Assembly: GCA_910587065.1 (NCBI GenBank)
Contig: CAJUMA010000001.1
Location: forward strand, 9,346-73,345
Direction of reading: 5' to 3'
DNA length: 64,000 bases
DNA from: an uncultured Bacilli bacterium
GTDB lineage: Bacteria > Bacillota_I > Bacilli_A > RF39 > UBA660
Positions 36,583 through 46,719 of the stretch are shown one piece after another. Made by a program: the position numbers and the translations under genes. Numbering within the stretch: position 1 is the first letter of the stretch; each line of letters begins with the position of its first letter. The notes under the pieces are model-generated. The model did not search any database, was not told where the DNA came from, and was given only the letters and a program-made list of their open reading frames with translations.

Positions 36583-37692
36583 TTAGTTATTTCTCTTCTT
36601 TTCCTTTGCAAGCAAATGAGACTCATACCTTGTAAGTAACTTTTGTCTATCATTACAACTTACATTTTTGTTTATTTCTTGTTCAAGGAGCTTAATTCTT
36701 TCTCTTTCTGCTGCTAAAAATGCTTCTTTATATCTAATGCCTTCATAAATAATATTTGTATTTCTTTTTAAACATTCTACTAAATACCCATCATCATTAA
36801 AACTTAGCTCAATAAATTTTGTTATATGATCTCGATCATCCCAAATAGTAAAACCACTTATAACTAAATTAATAATTAATGCAATAATTAAAGCTATCTT
36901 TAACCCCATCTTTGATTTATAAACATCTAAAGACGTCTCTCTTAAATTAACATATTTACTAACATTTATAACAACTGTTTTTTTCTCATCAGCACTAAGA
37001 GTCTCTAAAACTCTTTTTTGACCATACGTAAGTTTAATATACTCATTAATCATACTGACAATTTTATCATATAACAAATCAAAGTTTACTGCTTCATCAT
37101 CTGAATACTCCTCAGGATTATATTCCGTAAAATCAAAATAGTTACCAATTTTAACTTCCGAAAGAGTTAACTTATCCTCATTTGTTATATTCAGTTTCGC
37201 TACTAAACAATCATCATTGTTAGAGATTCGAAAGACAATATTATCATGAACAAATGATTCCTTTATTCCATTACTTTCATGAGCTAAAGTATAATTCTTA
37301 AGTCCTTCATCCGTAACATACACTGGCTCACTTACCTTTTTTACACCATAATTAGAATTATATTCCATCTCCTCATGATCATAAGTGGGTAGATTCTCTT
37401 TTGTTGACACTTTAGAAGACGATACAAATGTAAATATCGAAGAAGCCGTTAACAAAGCTGGCAAAGAGACAAACCAAAATCTTTTTAAAGCTAAGTACGC
37501 ATAATTCTTAGAAAATACTTTTAAATTATTTACTCTAACTTCATTCTCTAATTTCTCTATCTCATCTAGAGATACATTAGATTTGCTAAAGTTAAAATTT
37601 GTTTCTTTTGGCTTTAATTGAACACGATTAATATTTTTTAAATATTTAAATCTATTTATACTATTTATAATAGCTCTTGTTGTGCTTAACAT
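36583..37692 (-). CDS. hypothetical two-TM membrane protein, paralog B
   Basis: TRAIINSINRFKYLKNI, EVRVNNLKV and KEAFLAAERERI. Same architecture as paralog A. Confidence 0.6.
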   Translation of the reverse strand: MLSTTRAIINSINRFKYLKNINRVQLKPKETNFNFSKSNVSLDEIEKLENEVRVNNLKVFSKNYAYLALKRFWFVSLPALLTASSIFTFVSSSKVSTKENLPTYDHEEMEYNSNYGVKKVSEPVYVTDEGLKNYTLAHESNGIKESFVHDNIVFRISNNDDCLVAKLNITNEDKLTLSEVKIGNYFDFTEYNPEEYSDDEAVNFDLLYDKIVSMINEYIKLTYGQKRVLETLSADEKKTVVINVSKYVNLRETSLDVYKSKMGLKIALIIALIINLVISGFTIWDDRDHITKFIELSFNDDGYLVECLKRNTNIIYEGIRYKEAFLAAERERIKLLEQEINKNVSCNDRQKLLTRYESHLLAKEKKRNN

Positions 37693-37770
37693 ATTAAGCC
37701 CCCCTATCTAAAAAGATATTTTAAAGTATTATTGAAAAAAAGGCAAGAAAAAAGAGCTTATGCTCTTAAT

Positions 37771-38295
37771 TTATCTACTATTAATAATACCGTAATTTCC
37801 GTCTTTTCTTTTATAGATTAAAGAAATACATTCTTCATCAGCATTTTTAAATAAGTAAAAGTCGTGTCCTAATAAATCCATTTGTAAAATTGCTTCTTCT
37901 TCACTCATTGGTTTAGAAGTTATATCTTTTCTTTTAACTATAACCTCACTTGATTCTTCATCATCACTTTCGATTGCAGCAAATCCAAATGGTTCCTCAC
38001 TTCTCTTTTTATTTAACTTAGTTTTATTCTTTCTAATCTGTCTTTCTAAAACATCAACTACTAAATCAATAGCAGCATATAAATCTTCATTCTTTTCTTC
38101 AGCCCTTAAAGTAAATTTTCCAGTAGGAATAGTAACTTCAATTATTTCATTACCATTTCTTACACGAATTAAAACATGAGCATCTATCGTATTTGGTTCA
38201 TCAAAATATTTTTCTAAACGAACTAATTTCTCCTTAACATAATTTTTGATTGAGTCTGTAACATCTATTCTGTCTCCACGAATATTAATATTCAC
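37771..38295 (-). CDS. hpf: ribosome hibernation promoting factor (long HPF)
   Basis: NINIRGDRIDVTDSIKNYVKEKLVRLEKYF (S30AE domain) plus a C-terminal dimerisation domain ..DFYLFKNADEECISLIYKRKDGNYGII. GTG 38295, 9 nt after AGGAAG, is preferred over GTG 38304. Confidence 0.9.
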   Translation of the reverse strand: MNINIRGDRIDVTDSIKNYVKEKLVRLEKYFDEPNTIDAHVLIRVRNGNEIIEVTIPTGKFTLRAEEKNEDLYAAIDLVVDVLERQIRKNKTKLNKKRSEEPFGFAAIESDDEESSEVIVKRKDITSKPMSEEEAILQMDLLGHDFYLFKNADEECISLIYKRKDGNYGIINSR

Positions 38296-38352
38296 GAATA
38301 TCACCTTCCTACCGATATTATATCAAGGATTAATGAACTAATTCAAGAAAAA

Positions 38353-38568
38353 TTACATTGAGTACTCAGCAACTTTAGAAACAACTTCTATTGCTTGTAG
38401 ACCCTTAATCGTTTCAATTAATTTAAAAGATACTTCATCACCTTGATTTAAAGTCTTAAATCCATCCATGCTAATAGCTGAATAATGAACAAAAATATCA
38501 TCTAAATCTGGACATTCAATGAAACCATAACCTTTTTCATTGTTAAACCATTTAACTTTTCCAGTCAC
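38353..38568 (-). CDS. cold-shock protein (CspA family)
   Basis: MTGKVKWFNNEKGYGFIE (RNP1) and DIFVHYS (RNP2). Confidence 0.93.
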   Translation of the reverse strand: MTGKVKWFNNEKGYGFIECPDLDDIFVHYSAISMDGFKTLNQGDEVSFKLIETIKGLQAIEVVSKVAEYSM

Positions 38569-38700
38569 ATCTACACCTCTTTTCCTTCAAAATACATTCC
38601 CATTATATAGCAAACATTGAAAATATTTTGTCGAATTATGTCGCCGAACAAAAAAATTTTATTTATATAATTAAGTACATAAAAAAAAGAAAAAAGATGC

Positions 38701-39132
38701 TTAATAAACATCTCTATTTGAGCGAGAAAGATCCCTTTCTTTAATAGCTTCTCTTTTATCATATAGTTTTTTACCCTTGCATAAACCTAGAAGTATTTTT
38801 ACCTTATCTCCCTTAAAATATAATTTTAAAGGAACTAGCGAATAACCATTTAATTTAATTTCTTCAGCAAGCTTTCTTATTTCTTTTTTATGCAAAAGTA
38901 ATTTCCTACTTCTTCTTTCATCGTGATTAAACCTATTGCCTTCCTCATATTTAGCAATATACATATTAGTTAGAAACACTTCACCATTTTTTATTCTTGC
39001 AAATGTGTCTTTTAAATTAGCGCTGCCTTTTCTTATTGATTTAATTTCTGTACCAGTAAGAACAATACCAACTTCAATCTCTCTTATGACAAAATAATCA
39101 AAGTATGCTTTCTTATTATTTATCTCTATCAT
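38701..39132 (-). CDS. smpB: SsrA-binding protein SmpB
   Basis: ..[25 protein letters not shown].., and lies downstream of rnr as in Bacillus. Confidence 0.93.
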   Translation of the reverse strand: MIEINNKKAYFDYFVIREIEVGIVLTGTEIKSIRKGSANLKDTFARIKNGEVFLTNMYIAKYEEGNRFNHDERRSRKLLLHKKEIRKLAEEIKLNGYSLVPLKLYFKGDKVKILLGLCKGKKLYDKREAIKERDLSRSNRDVY

Positions 39133-39133
39133 T

Positions 39134-41311
39134 TTAATCCTCTTGTTGCTTATTATCTTTGTTATCTTTTTCTTCTACTAATTCAAAATCAACAGTTGAT
39201 GCAGCTTTAGAAGCCCCAATACATCTTACTTTTAAGAAGTCACCTAATTTATACATCATCTTTGATTTAGGATCAATTAACGCTCCTTTTTCTTCAACAT
39301 AAAGAAAATTATGACCTTTAAGTAAATCAACAGAAACCAATCCTTCAACTAGATTTTCTAATTGGACAAAAATACCATAACCAGTTACACCTGATATAAT
39401 TGCTTCATATTCTTCTCCAATATGACTTTCCATATATTCGGCCATCTTCATTTTATCTACCGCTCTTTCGGCTTCAATTGCTGCAAGCTCTCGTTTACTT
39501 GATTGCTCACATAAACCTGGAAGTGATGAGGCAAAATAATTTTTAGTTTCCGAATCAGTTTTCTTGTTTATCAAATAAGTCCAAATTAAACGATGGGTCA
39601 AAAGGTCAGGATATCGTCTAATTGGCGATGTAAAATGCGTATACGAAGTATGTGGCGGAACAACAGCAAGACCAAAGTGACCAATATTCTCAGTGCCATA
39701 AAAAGCTTTTGGCATACTTCTTAAAGCAAGGGATTTAATAATATTATTTTGTCTTTCAGCAACATTGATTTGATTAAGTAAACTTTGAAACATTTTAGGA
39801 TTAGTAACATCTTTAAATTTTCCTTTTATTTTAATCCCAAAATTGCGACAGAAATCAATGAATGTTTGAACTTTGTCCGCTACTGGAGTACCATGGACAC
39901 GGTATACAGCAGGTAAATCCATATTAAATAAGGTAGTTGCAACTGTTTCATTCGCTTTTACCATAAAGTCCTCAATTAGTTTTTCTCCTTCTCCACGATA
40001 TACAACATCAACATCAATTGCTTTTCCTGTATCGTCACACTTTATCTTAATTTCATCCATATCAAAGTCTGATGCGCCTCTTGCTACTCTTTCAGCACGT
40101 ATTATATGAGCAAGCTCTTGCATAAGTTTTAAATCATCACTGAATTCTTCATAACCAGAATCTATAATATCATTTTCTAACAGATGATTGACTGAAGTAT
40201 AATTCATCTTCTTTTTCGACTCAATTAATGATGGATATATATCGGAATCAATAACATTACCTTTTTTATTAATAATCATCTCACAAGTTAAAGCACATCT
40301 TGGAGTATTTGGATTTAAAGAACAAATACCATTAGATAGCTTGTGTGGTAACATTGGTAAAACAGAATAGGCAAGATATGATGAAGTTCCTCTTCTTAAA
40401 GCTTCTAAATCAAGTGGTGTCCCTTCTTTTACATAAAAGGAAACATCAGCAATAGAAACACGAAGGCGATAATTTTCTCCATCTCGAGCAACAGAAATAG
40501 CATCATCTATATCTTTTGTATCAACACCATCTATAGTAAAAATTCTATCAGCTCTTAAATCACGACGATAAGAAAGTTCCGTATTTATTGTATCATCATC
40601 AAGTTCATCAGGCAATTCTTCCGCTTGTGCTAAAGCATCCGAAGGAAATTCACTATAGATTTCATAATTAGCAGCGATAGTTAAAATATCTCCTGCTGGA
40701 TCATCTTTATGACAAATATGTCTGCTAACCTCACCAATATATCTATTCTTTCCCAAATCTTCAACTAAAGAAACAACAACGATTTCTCCCTCAACGCAAC
40801 TTTTTAAACTATTAGCTTCCACTGTTAAAGTAATTTTAAGCTTCTTATCATCAGGTTCAAAGAAAAGAGATGTGCCATCTGATTTAATTTGACCAACTAT
40901 GTTATTAATATCTCTTTTTAAGACCTTAATAACCATTCCTTCTCTCTTTTTCCCCTTGTCCTCTGTAATCTTAACAAGAACAATATCACCATCCAAAGCA
41001 AAACCAACATTATCGCGATCAATAAAAATATCTTCCTCATCATCTAAAACTAAAAAGCCATTTCCACTTTTATTTATTTGCATCCTCCCTTTTTTAAAAT
41101 CAGGACATTTACTATATAAAATATATTTATTCTTATTAGTCAAATAAACAATTTGATCTTTAACAAGTAAATTAAGTTCATATTCTAATGTTGTTAAATC
41201 ATCCACGCTTGAAAGTCCAAGCTTATCATTAATTGTCATTAAATCAAGTGCACTAAATTCTTTATCTAAAAGTTCAAGTATATTTTCTCTCATTTTATTC
41301 ACCATATCCAT
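39134..41311 (-). CDS. rnr: ribonuclease R
   Basis: RNB domain ([36 protein letters not shown]), cold-shock-like N-terminal domains, a C-terminal S1 domain and a basic tail. Confidence 0.93.
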   Translation of the reverse strand: MDMVNKMRENILELLDKEFSALDLMTINDKLGLSSVDDLTTLEYELNLLVKDQIVYLTNKNKYILYSKCPDFKKGRMQINKSGNGFLVLDDEEDIFIDRDNVGFALDGDIVLVKITEDKGKKREGMVIKVLKRDINNIVGQIKSDGTSLFFEPDDKKLKITLTVEANSLKSCVEGEIVVVSLVEDLGKNRYIGEVSRHICHKDDPAGDILTIAANYEIYSEFPSDALAQAEELPDELDDDTINTELSYRRDLRADRIFTIDGVDTKDIDDAISVARDGENYRLRVSIADVSFYVKEGTPLDLEALRRGTSSYLAYSVLPMLPHKLSNGICSLNPNTPRCALTCEMIINKKGNVIDSDIYPSLIESKKKMNYTSVNHLLENDIIDSGYEEFSDDLKLMQELAHIIRAERVARGASDFDMDEIKIKCDDTGKAIDVDVVYRGEGEKLIEDFMVKANETVATTLFNMDLPAVYRVHGTPVADKVQTFIDFCRNFGIKIKGKFKDVTNPKMFQSLLNQINVAERQNNIIKSLALRSMPKAFYGTENIGHFGLAVVPPHTSYTHFTSPIRRYPDLLTHRLIWTYLINKKTDSETKNYFASSLPGLCEQSSKRELAAIEAERAVDKMKMAEYMESHIGEEYEAIISGVTGYGIFVQLENLVEGLVSVDLLKGHNFLYVEEKGALIDPKSKMMYKLGDFLKVRCIGASKAASTVDFELVEEKDNKDNKQQED

Positions 41312-41379
41312 TATAACATTTATTTTAAGCCAAAAATAAAAAAGTACACAAAAATGTACTTCCTATACTTAATTTAACA

Positions 41380-41598
41380 TTATTTTAAATATAAAATTAA
41401 AGATATTACAAAAAAGGCAATTCCTAACACCAATGTAACTCTACTTATTAATAATTCTGCTCCTCTTTCTTTTTGATTTTGAAAAAGCTCAGCATTACCA
41501 CCAGAAATTATTTGCCCACCAGCCTGTGCTTTATTACTTTGTAGCAGTACTAGTACAATTATAAGTACAGATATAACAACTAAAATAGTTTCTAACAT
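41380..41598 (-). CDS. secG: preprotein translocase subunit SecG
   Basis: 72 aa with two TM helices and the central loop LLQSNKAQAGG. Confidence 0.8.
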   Translation of the reverse strand: MLETILVVISVLIIVLVLLQSNKAQAGGQIISGGNAELFQNQKERGAELLISRVTLVLGIAFFVISLILYLK

Positions 41599-41788
41599 AC
41601 GAATTCACCTGATTTCTAGTCCATAATTTAACATACTTTTCACAAATATTCAAGTTATTTACATAAAAGAACTTGAAAATCAACATACTTATAAGTATAA
41701 AACAATTGTAAAAAATAAACAAGTACTAATAAATATAGATAAAAAAGAATAATTTTATGCTATAATTTTTATGAATAGGAGGGGAAAC

Positions 41789-43027
41789 ATGAAAATAGTT
41801 GAACTAAGTAACACTACATTCGATGAATATGCTAGAATGCACCCACTTAGTAGTTATTGTCAAGCAAGCAAATATGCTTTAGTAATGACTGATTATGGTT
41901 ATTCATATGATTATATTGGAATGGTAGATGATGAAAACAAAATTCATGCCGCCACTCTTGTACTAACAAAAAGAATTAAAGGCAATATTAAATATGGTTA
42001 CTCTCCAAAGGGTTTTTTAATAAACTTTTATGACAATGATATTCTTAAAACATTTTTAAAACTTCTTACTGATTATTATAAAAAACAAGATTTCATCTTT
42101 ATAAAGTTTAATCCTGAAATAATAATTGGTGAAACAACTCTAAAGAATAATTTAGTAATGAATTATAATGGTAATGTTCGCATAATCGATGATTTAAAGG
42201 CATACAATGTCAAAAGGAGATTGGAATTAAAAGAATTTAACTTGATGATGCCAAAATTTAATGCCTACATTGATTTAAAAAACTTTAGTATCATGCAAAT
42301 AGATAGGAATTTTCGTAAAAAAATCAAAAGAGGAATTGAAAGAGGAATGTATCTTACTGTCGGAAATGCTAAAGAAGTTGATGTTTTATACAACTTTACT
42401 AAAAATAAATCGAAAAGGCCAATTGCCTATTTTCGCAATATGTTTAATGTTTTCTCAAGAGATAACTCAATTGATTTAGTATTTGTAAAAATTGATTTTC
42501 AAAAATATCTTAATAATATTAGAAAACTTTATGATGATGAACAAATTATTAATGACAACTGGACACGTTTACTTCAACAAAATCCAGGCGAAAGAAGATA
42601 CGTTAACAAAAAGATGAACTCAGACCGTAAGGCAGAAAGTTTAAAAGCTAAAATAATATACGCAACTAACGAGCTAAAAAAACATGCCGAAGTTACTGTT
42701 GCTGCAGCACTTGTTGTAAAACACAGAAATCGTGTATCTATTATCGCTAGCGGTTACGATCAAAATTATAAAAAAGAAAATCCTAATCATATGTTACACT
42801 ATCTAATAATAGAAAGATATAAACAATTCTTCTCTTTCTGTGATATAGGTGGAGTTACAGGAACATTTGATGAAACCTCTAAATATCAAGGATTAAATAA
42901 TTTTAAAACTAAATTTAATGGAAAAATATATGAATATATTGGGGAATTCGATTTAATCTGTAGCGAAAGAGTTTTTAAGAAACTAATCAAAACAAGTTTT
43001 GTCGAAGATGAATTTAATAAAGAATAA
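41789..43027 (+). CDS. FemAB-family peptidoglycan cross-bridge aminoacyltransferase
   Basis: AGGAGGGG RBS before ATG 41789. FemAB-like duplicated GNAT halves with an inserted coiled coil (residues ~245-305). Confidence 0.75.
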   Translation: MKIVELSNTTFDEYARMHPLSSYCQASKYALVMTDYGYSYDYIGMVDDENKIHAATLVLTKRIKGNIKYGYSPKGFLINFYDNDILKTFLKLLTDYYKKQDFIFIKFNPEIIIGETTLKNNLVMNYNGNVRIIDDLKAYNVKRRLELKEFNLMMPKFNAYIDLKNFSIMQIDRNFRKKIKRGIERGMYLTVGNAKEVDVLYNFTKNKSKRPIAYFRNMFNVFSRDNSIDLVFVKIDFQKYLNNIRKLYDDEQIINDNWTRLLQQNPGERRYVNKKMNSDRKAESLKAKIIYATNELKKHAEVTVAAALVVKHRNRVSIIASGYDQNYKKENPNHMLHYLIIERYKQFFSFCDIGGVTGTFDETSKYQGLNNFKTKFNGKIYEYIGEFDLICSERVFKKLIKTSFVEDEFNKE

Positions 43028-43066
43028 AAGGAGTTATTTTTTAACTCCTTTTTTATATACTTTAAT

Positions 43067-43396
43067 ATGAAATACGATTCGTTCCTTTATAATCCTAAAA
43101 CATATACTTTAGCCGCTTTAATAATTGGATATATATTAATTGAAGAACTAACAGTTGATGACCAAAATGCTGTTGGAAACTGGTTAATGACTATTGGGCA
43201 AGTACTTGATGGAAATGCAGCTATAGCTCAAGCAATTCAAAACAAAATTGATGCATCACAAAATAATAACAATAATGGCAATAACGTTAATAACGAGTCT
43301 ATAATAAATTGCATAAAAGAAGATAAAAAAACCATTAATGAACTTAGAGAAATGATTAAAAAAATTGAGAAAAGACTAGATGAGCTCTCGCGATAA
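43067..43396 (+). CDS. hypothetical protein (109 aa) with an Asn-rich linker
   Basis: ORF only, with an N-terminal hydrophobic helix, a poly-N tract and a C-terminal coiled coil. Confidence 0.45.
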   Translation: MKYDSFLYNPKTYTLAALIIGYILIEELTVDDQNAVGNWLMTIGQVLDGNAAIAQAIQNKIDASQNNNNNGNNVNNESIINCIKEDKKTINELREMIKKIEKRLDELSR

Positions 43397-43671
43397 TCTA
43401 AGTTTCTTGACCTCTTCTATCTCTAATACATCAGATTCTTCAAGCAAAAAAACCTCATCTTTTTGAGCAAAGAAAATATATTCCTGATTCTCTGTCTTAA
43501 TAATTACATACGTTCCATCATTATAAATCTTTCAAATAAAAGAGCCTTATTAACCAAAGTGCAAGTTAAATGAGCTCCCTTATTAAAAAATATATCTTTA
43601 TTAAACGTTGAATGAAAATCTACTTTCCTCATATAATACCTCTTATAGCAACTATAACATAAATTCATTCA

Positions 43672-44271
43672 TCATAAAATTATTTTGTTCTTTTTTTCTA
43701 AATATCCAACACGACTTAAATAATTCTTTATTTCTTCTTGATATTCTACATTACGAGAAGTATAAGCTACATACCAAACAATTGGCAATATCGCTTCTAA
43801 ATCACGTAAAAAGTTAGGATCTCCTGATATATCATCAACATTTTTCTTATGACAATATTTTATAAATTCAGTACCTGCTAATTCTTCACTTGTGATAGTA
43901 AAAACATCTTTAACTCCATATAAAGAGTAATATACATCTTTATCATACTCATATAAACTAGTAGGATCATAACAAGTTTCTCCTTTTTCTACCCAATAAT
44001 GAATTCCAATATCGCTTAGTTTACCACATACAACATTAGAATCTTTAATAGCAGCACTAATAATATATGCACGGTCCATACAATTACCTGGAGGAGTTAA
44101 AGGTCTTTCAAATTTTATATAAATAATCGCCGGTAAAGTAACATAGATCATCTGCCTAAGGCTATCATAAATATCTTCACTGAAAGCCTTAATCTTCCCC
44201 CGAGATATAGCTTTATTATATATAATTCGTGAACGAAGTTTTTTTAAATGCATCAAATTAGAGTTAGACAT
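43672..44271 (-). CDS. hypothetical protein with transglutaminase/papain-like Cys-His-Asp pattern
   Basis: GNCMDRAYIISAA ... GIHYWVEKGETCYDPTS follows the GxCxxxA / HxWxE / DPT spacing of the transglutaminase-like cysteine peptidase core. Confidence 0.45.
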   Translation of the reverse strand: MSNSNLMHLKKLRSRIIYNKAISRGKIKAFSEDIYDSLRQMIYVTLPAIIYIKFERPLTPPGNCMDRAYIISAAIKDSNVVCGKLSDIGIHYWVEKGETCYDPTSLYEYDKDVYYSLYGVKDVFTITSEELAGTEFIKYCHKKNVDDISGDPNFLRDLEAILPIVWYVAYTSRNVEYQEEIKNYLSRVGYLEKKNKIIL

Positions 44272-44278
44272 AACATAC

Positions 44279-44746
44279 CTACCTTCTTCTATATTTATTA
44301 TCTTCTAAAACCTTATCTATCTTGTCCGAATTATAAAATATTGCCGTTATTACTTTATTAAACTCTTCAATCGATACAAGTTCTTTAACTATCTTATCTT
44401 GATTATCTAGCATACTTTTAAAAATTCTTGCTAATCTAACATTCTTCGGTAATAAATCACTAAGAATGGCCTCAAGATATTCAAAATCACTGACTAAATA
44501 AGAGTAATGTGCTTTATCTTCTCTTATAAGTGGACATATTTTCAAAAGCTCACTAACACAAGGGTTAAAATTTTTAGATGTTGAACCAAGTTAAGCTTTC
44601 AAAGCGAGATCACTATTAAATACTTTGAAGTTTTCCTCTAAATAAACAGTCACATTATCAATCAATTCTTTTGCATAAGATTCATCAACTATACTATCAA
44701 ATTCTCTATGGCAACGATATACAATAGTAAGTATATATTCTACCAT
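44279..44746 (-). pseudogene. hypothetical gene interrupted by one in-frame TAA
   Basis: ATG 44746 plus 51 codons (MVEYILTIVYRCHREFDS...LALKA), then TAA at 44593-44591. The same frame continues LGSTSKNFNPCVSELLKICPLIRED... into the track ORF 44279-44545, which the track starts at TTG. Confidence 0.5.
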
Positions 44747-44808
44747 AAATAGAAAAAATAGCAAATAAACAAAAAAACTTACTTCCTAAGAAATAAGTTT
44801 TATATCAA

Positions 44809-46617
44809 TTATTTTCTATTAATTCTAAATCTTTCATTAGGATCAAGAATTGCTTTTCTAAGTCTAATATCATCAGGGGTAATTTCTACATATTCATCAT
44901 CTTCAATAAACTCTAAAGCTTCTTCTAAAGAGAATGTTCTAGGTTTAATTAATGCTATAGTGTCATCAGATCCACTTGCACGCGTATTAGTAAGTTGTTT
45001 TCCCTTACAAGGATTAACATTTAGATCATTATCACGATTGTGAATACCAACAATCATACCAACATAAACATCAGTGGCTGGTCCAACAATCAATTGACCT
45101 CTATCTTGTAAATTAAATAGTGAAAATCCTAGAGTCTTACCTGATTCCATAGACACTAAAACACCATTTTTACGTGTTGTTAATTCTCCAGCATAAGGTT
45201 TATATTCATCAAATGATCGAACCATAATACCTTCGCCTTTAGTATTTGTAATAAATGAGGAACGATAACCAATTAATCCTCTAGTTGGAGCACTAAATTC
45301 AAGATGAGTATAATTATCTTCTCCATTACTCATACTCATTAGTAAACCTTTTCTTTCTTGTAAATCAGAAATGATAGTTGAAGCATAATCACTTGGAGTA
45401 TTGATAATTACAGTTTCAAATGGTTCACATTTCTTACCATCAATTTCTTGCATTAAAACAGTCGGTTTAGAAACACATAATTCATAACCTTCACGTCTCA
45501 TATTTTCAAGTAAAATTGATAAATGAAGTTCACCTCTACCCGATACTTTAAAACCGTCACTTCCAGGCATTTCTTCAACTTCAAGCCCAACATTAGTTTC
45601 AAGTTCTTTCTCAAGTCTTTCTTTAATATGACGAGTAGTTAAGAATTTACCACTTTTACCAGCAAATGGTCCATTATTTACAAGGAAGTTCATAGATAAA
45701 GTTGGATGCTCTATTTCAATTGGAGGAAGTGGATTAGGTTTTCCATGTGTACAAATCGTGTCACCTATTGAAATATGATTACAACCAGCAACAGTAACAA
45801 TATCGCCATAGAATGCTTCACTCTTTTCAATCTTGTTTAAGCCCTCATTAACAAATAATTTACTTATTTTAAAAGTTGTTTCTTCACCATTATTCTTAAT
45901 TAAAGTAACCATTTCATTATTTTTAATTTTACCTGAAGTAACTCTACCAATACCTAAACGACCAATATACTCATCATAAGCAAGATTAGATATTTGTAAT
46001 TGTAAATCATCTGATTCATTTCCTTCATAAGGTTTAACTTGGGCAAGTATAGTTTCAAGAAGTGGTGTAATATTTTTGTCACCTAAGTCATTTGGATCAA
46101 GTGTCGCAATTCCTTGTTTAGCAATACCATAAACAATTGGGAAATCCAATTGTTCATCTGTTGCATTAAGTTCAACAAAGCAATCAAATGTCATATTAAC
46201 AACATCTTCAATACGTGCATCTTTCTTATCTAATTTATTAATAAATAAAATTGGTCTTAAATTTTGTTCTAAAGCTTTTTTTAGTACAAATCTAGTTTGA
46301 GGCATTACCCCCTCAACAGAATCAACAAGCAAAACAACTGTATCAACAGTCTTTATTACACGTTCAACTTCCGACGAAAAATCAGCATGTCCTGGAGTAT
46401 CAACTATATTAATTTTATAGTCTTTATAACGTATGGCACAATTCTTTGAATAAATTGTTATACCTCTTTCTCTTTCAATATCATTAGAGTCCATTACTTG
46501 TTCTACTAACTCTTCATGGTCTCCAAAAACTCCATTTTGTTGAAGTAGTGCATCTACTAATGTACTTTTACCAGCATCAACGTGTGCAACTACTGCTATG
46601 TTTATAATTTTATCCAT
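44809..46617 (-). CDS. typA: translational GTPase TypA/BipA
   Basis: NIAVVAHVDAGKSTLVDALL (G1), DTPGHADF (G3), NKLD (G4). ATG 46617 gives the canonical N-terminus. Confidence 0.95.
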   Translation of the reverse strand: MDKIINIAVVAHVDAGKSTLVDALLQQNGVFGDHEELVEQVMDSNDIERERGITIYSKNCAIRYKDYKINIVDTPGHADFSSEVERVIKTVDTVVLLVDSVEGVMPQTRFVLKKALEQNLRPILFINKLDKKDARIEDVVNMTFDCFVELNATDEQLDFPIVYGIAKQGIATLDPNDLGDKNITPLLETILAQVKPYEGNESDDLQLQISNLAYDEYIGRLGIGRVTSGKIKNNEMVTLIKNNGEETTFKISKLFVNEGLNKIEKSEAFYGDIVTVAGCNHISIGDTICTHGKPNPLPPIEIEHPTLSMNFLVNNGPFAGKSGKFLTTRHIKERLEKELETNVGLEVEEMPGSDGFKVSGRGELHLSILLENMRREGYELCVSKPTVLMQEIDGKKCEPFETVIINTPSDYASTIISDLQERKGLLMSMSNGEDNYTHLEFSAPTRGLIGYRSSFITNTKGEGIMVRSFDEYKPYAGELTTRKNGVLVSMESGKTLGFSLFNLQDRGQLIVGPATDVYVGMIVGIHNRDNDLNVNPCKGKQLTNTRASGSDDTIALIKPRTFSLEEALEFIEDDEYVEITPDDIRLRKAILDPNERFRINRK

Positions 46618-46719
46618 AATTTCACTTCCCTTTTCAACAACTACTAAATAATACACCAATTTGCCTTATTTTGCAAGAAAAAAGGAGCTATCAAAGCTCT
46701 TTTAAATAAAAATCAGTAA

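Noticed and set aside
38569-38762. I looked for a tmRNA (ssrA) downstream of smpB, as in Bacillus. I also considered the 63-aa track ORF at 38571-38762.
   Set aside because: Only ~130 nt separate smpB from the csp gene, which is far too short for a tmRNA of roughly 350 nt. No tRNA-Ala-like acceptor/T-arm is visible. The ORF overlaps the smpB 3' end and the csp promoter region and is not credible.
41534-41722. 62-aa ORF upstream of and overlapping the secG start
   Set aside because: It overlaps the secG N-terminus in another frame and covers the divergent secG/femAB promoter region. Its composition is not coding-like.
43400-43817. Possible small frameshifted minus-strand gene (MRKVDFHSTFNKD... 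/ ..DGTYVIIKTENQEYIFFAQKDEVFLLEESD..) and the + strand ORF 43608-43817
   Set aside because: Only short fragments in two frames, with no recognisable family. It may be a decayed gene, but the evidence is too thin to annotate. The + ORF overlaps the 3' end of the convergent 199-aa gene.
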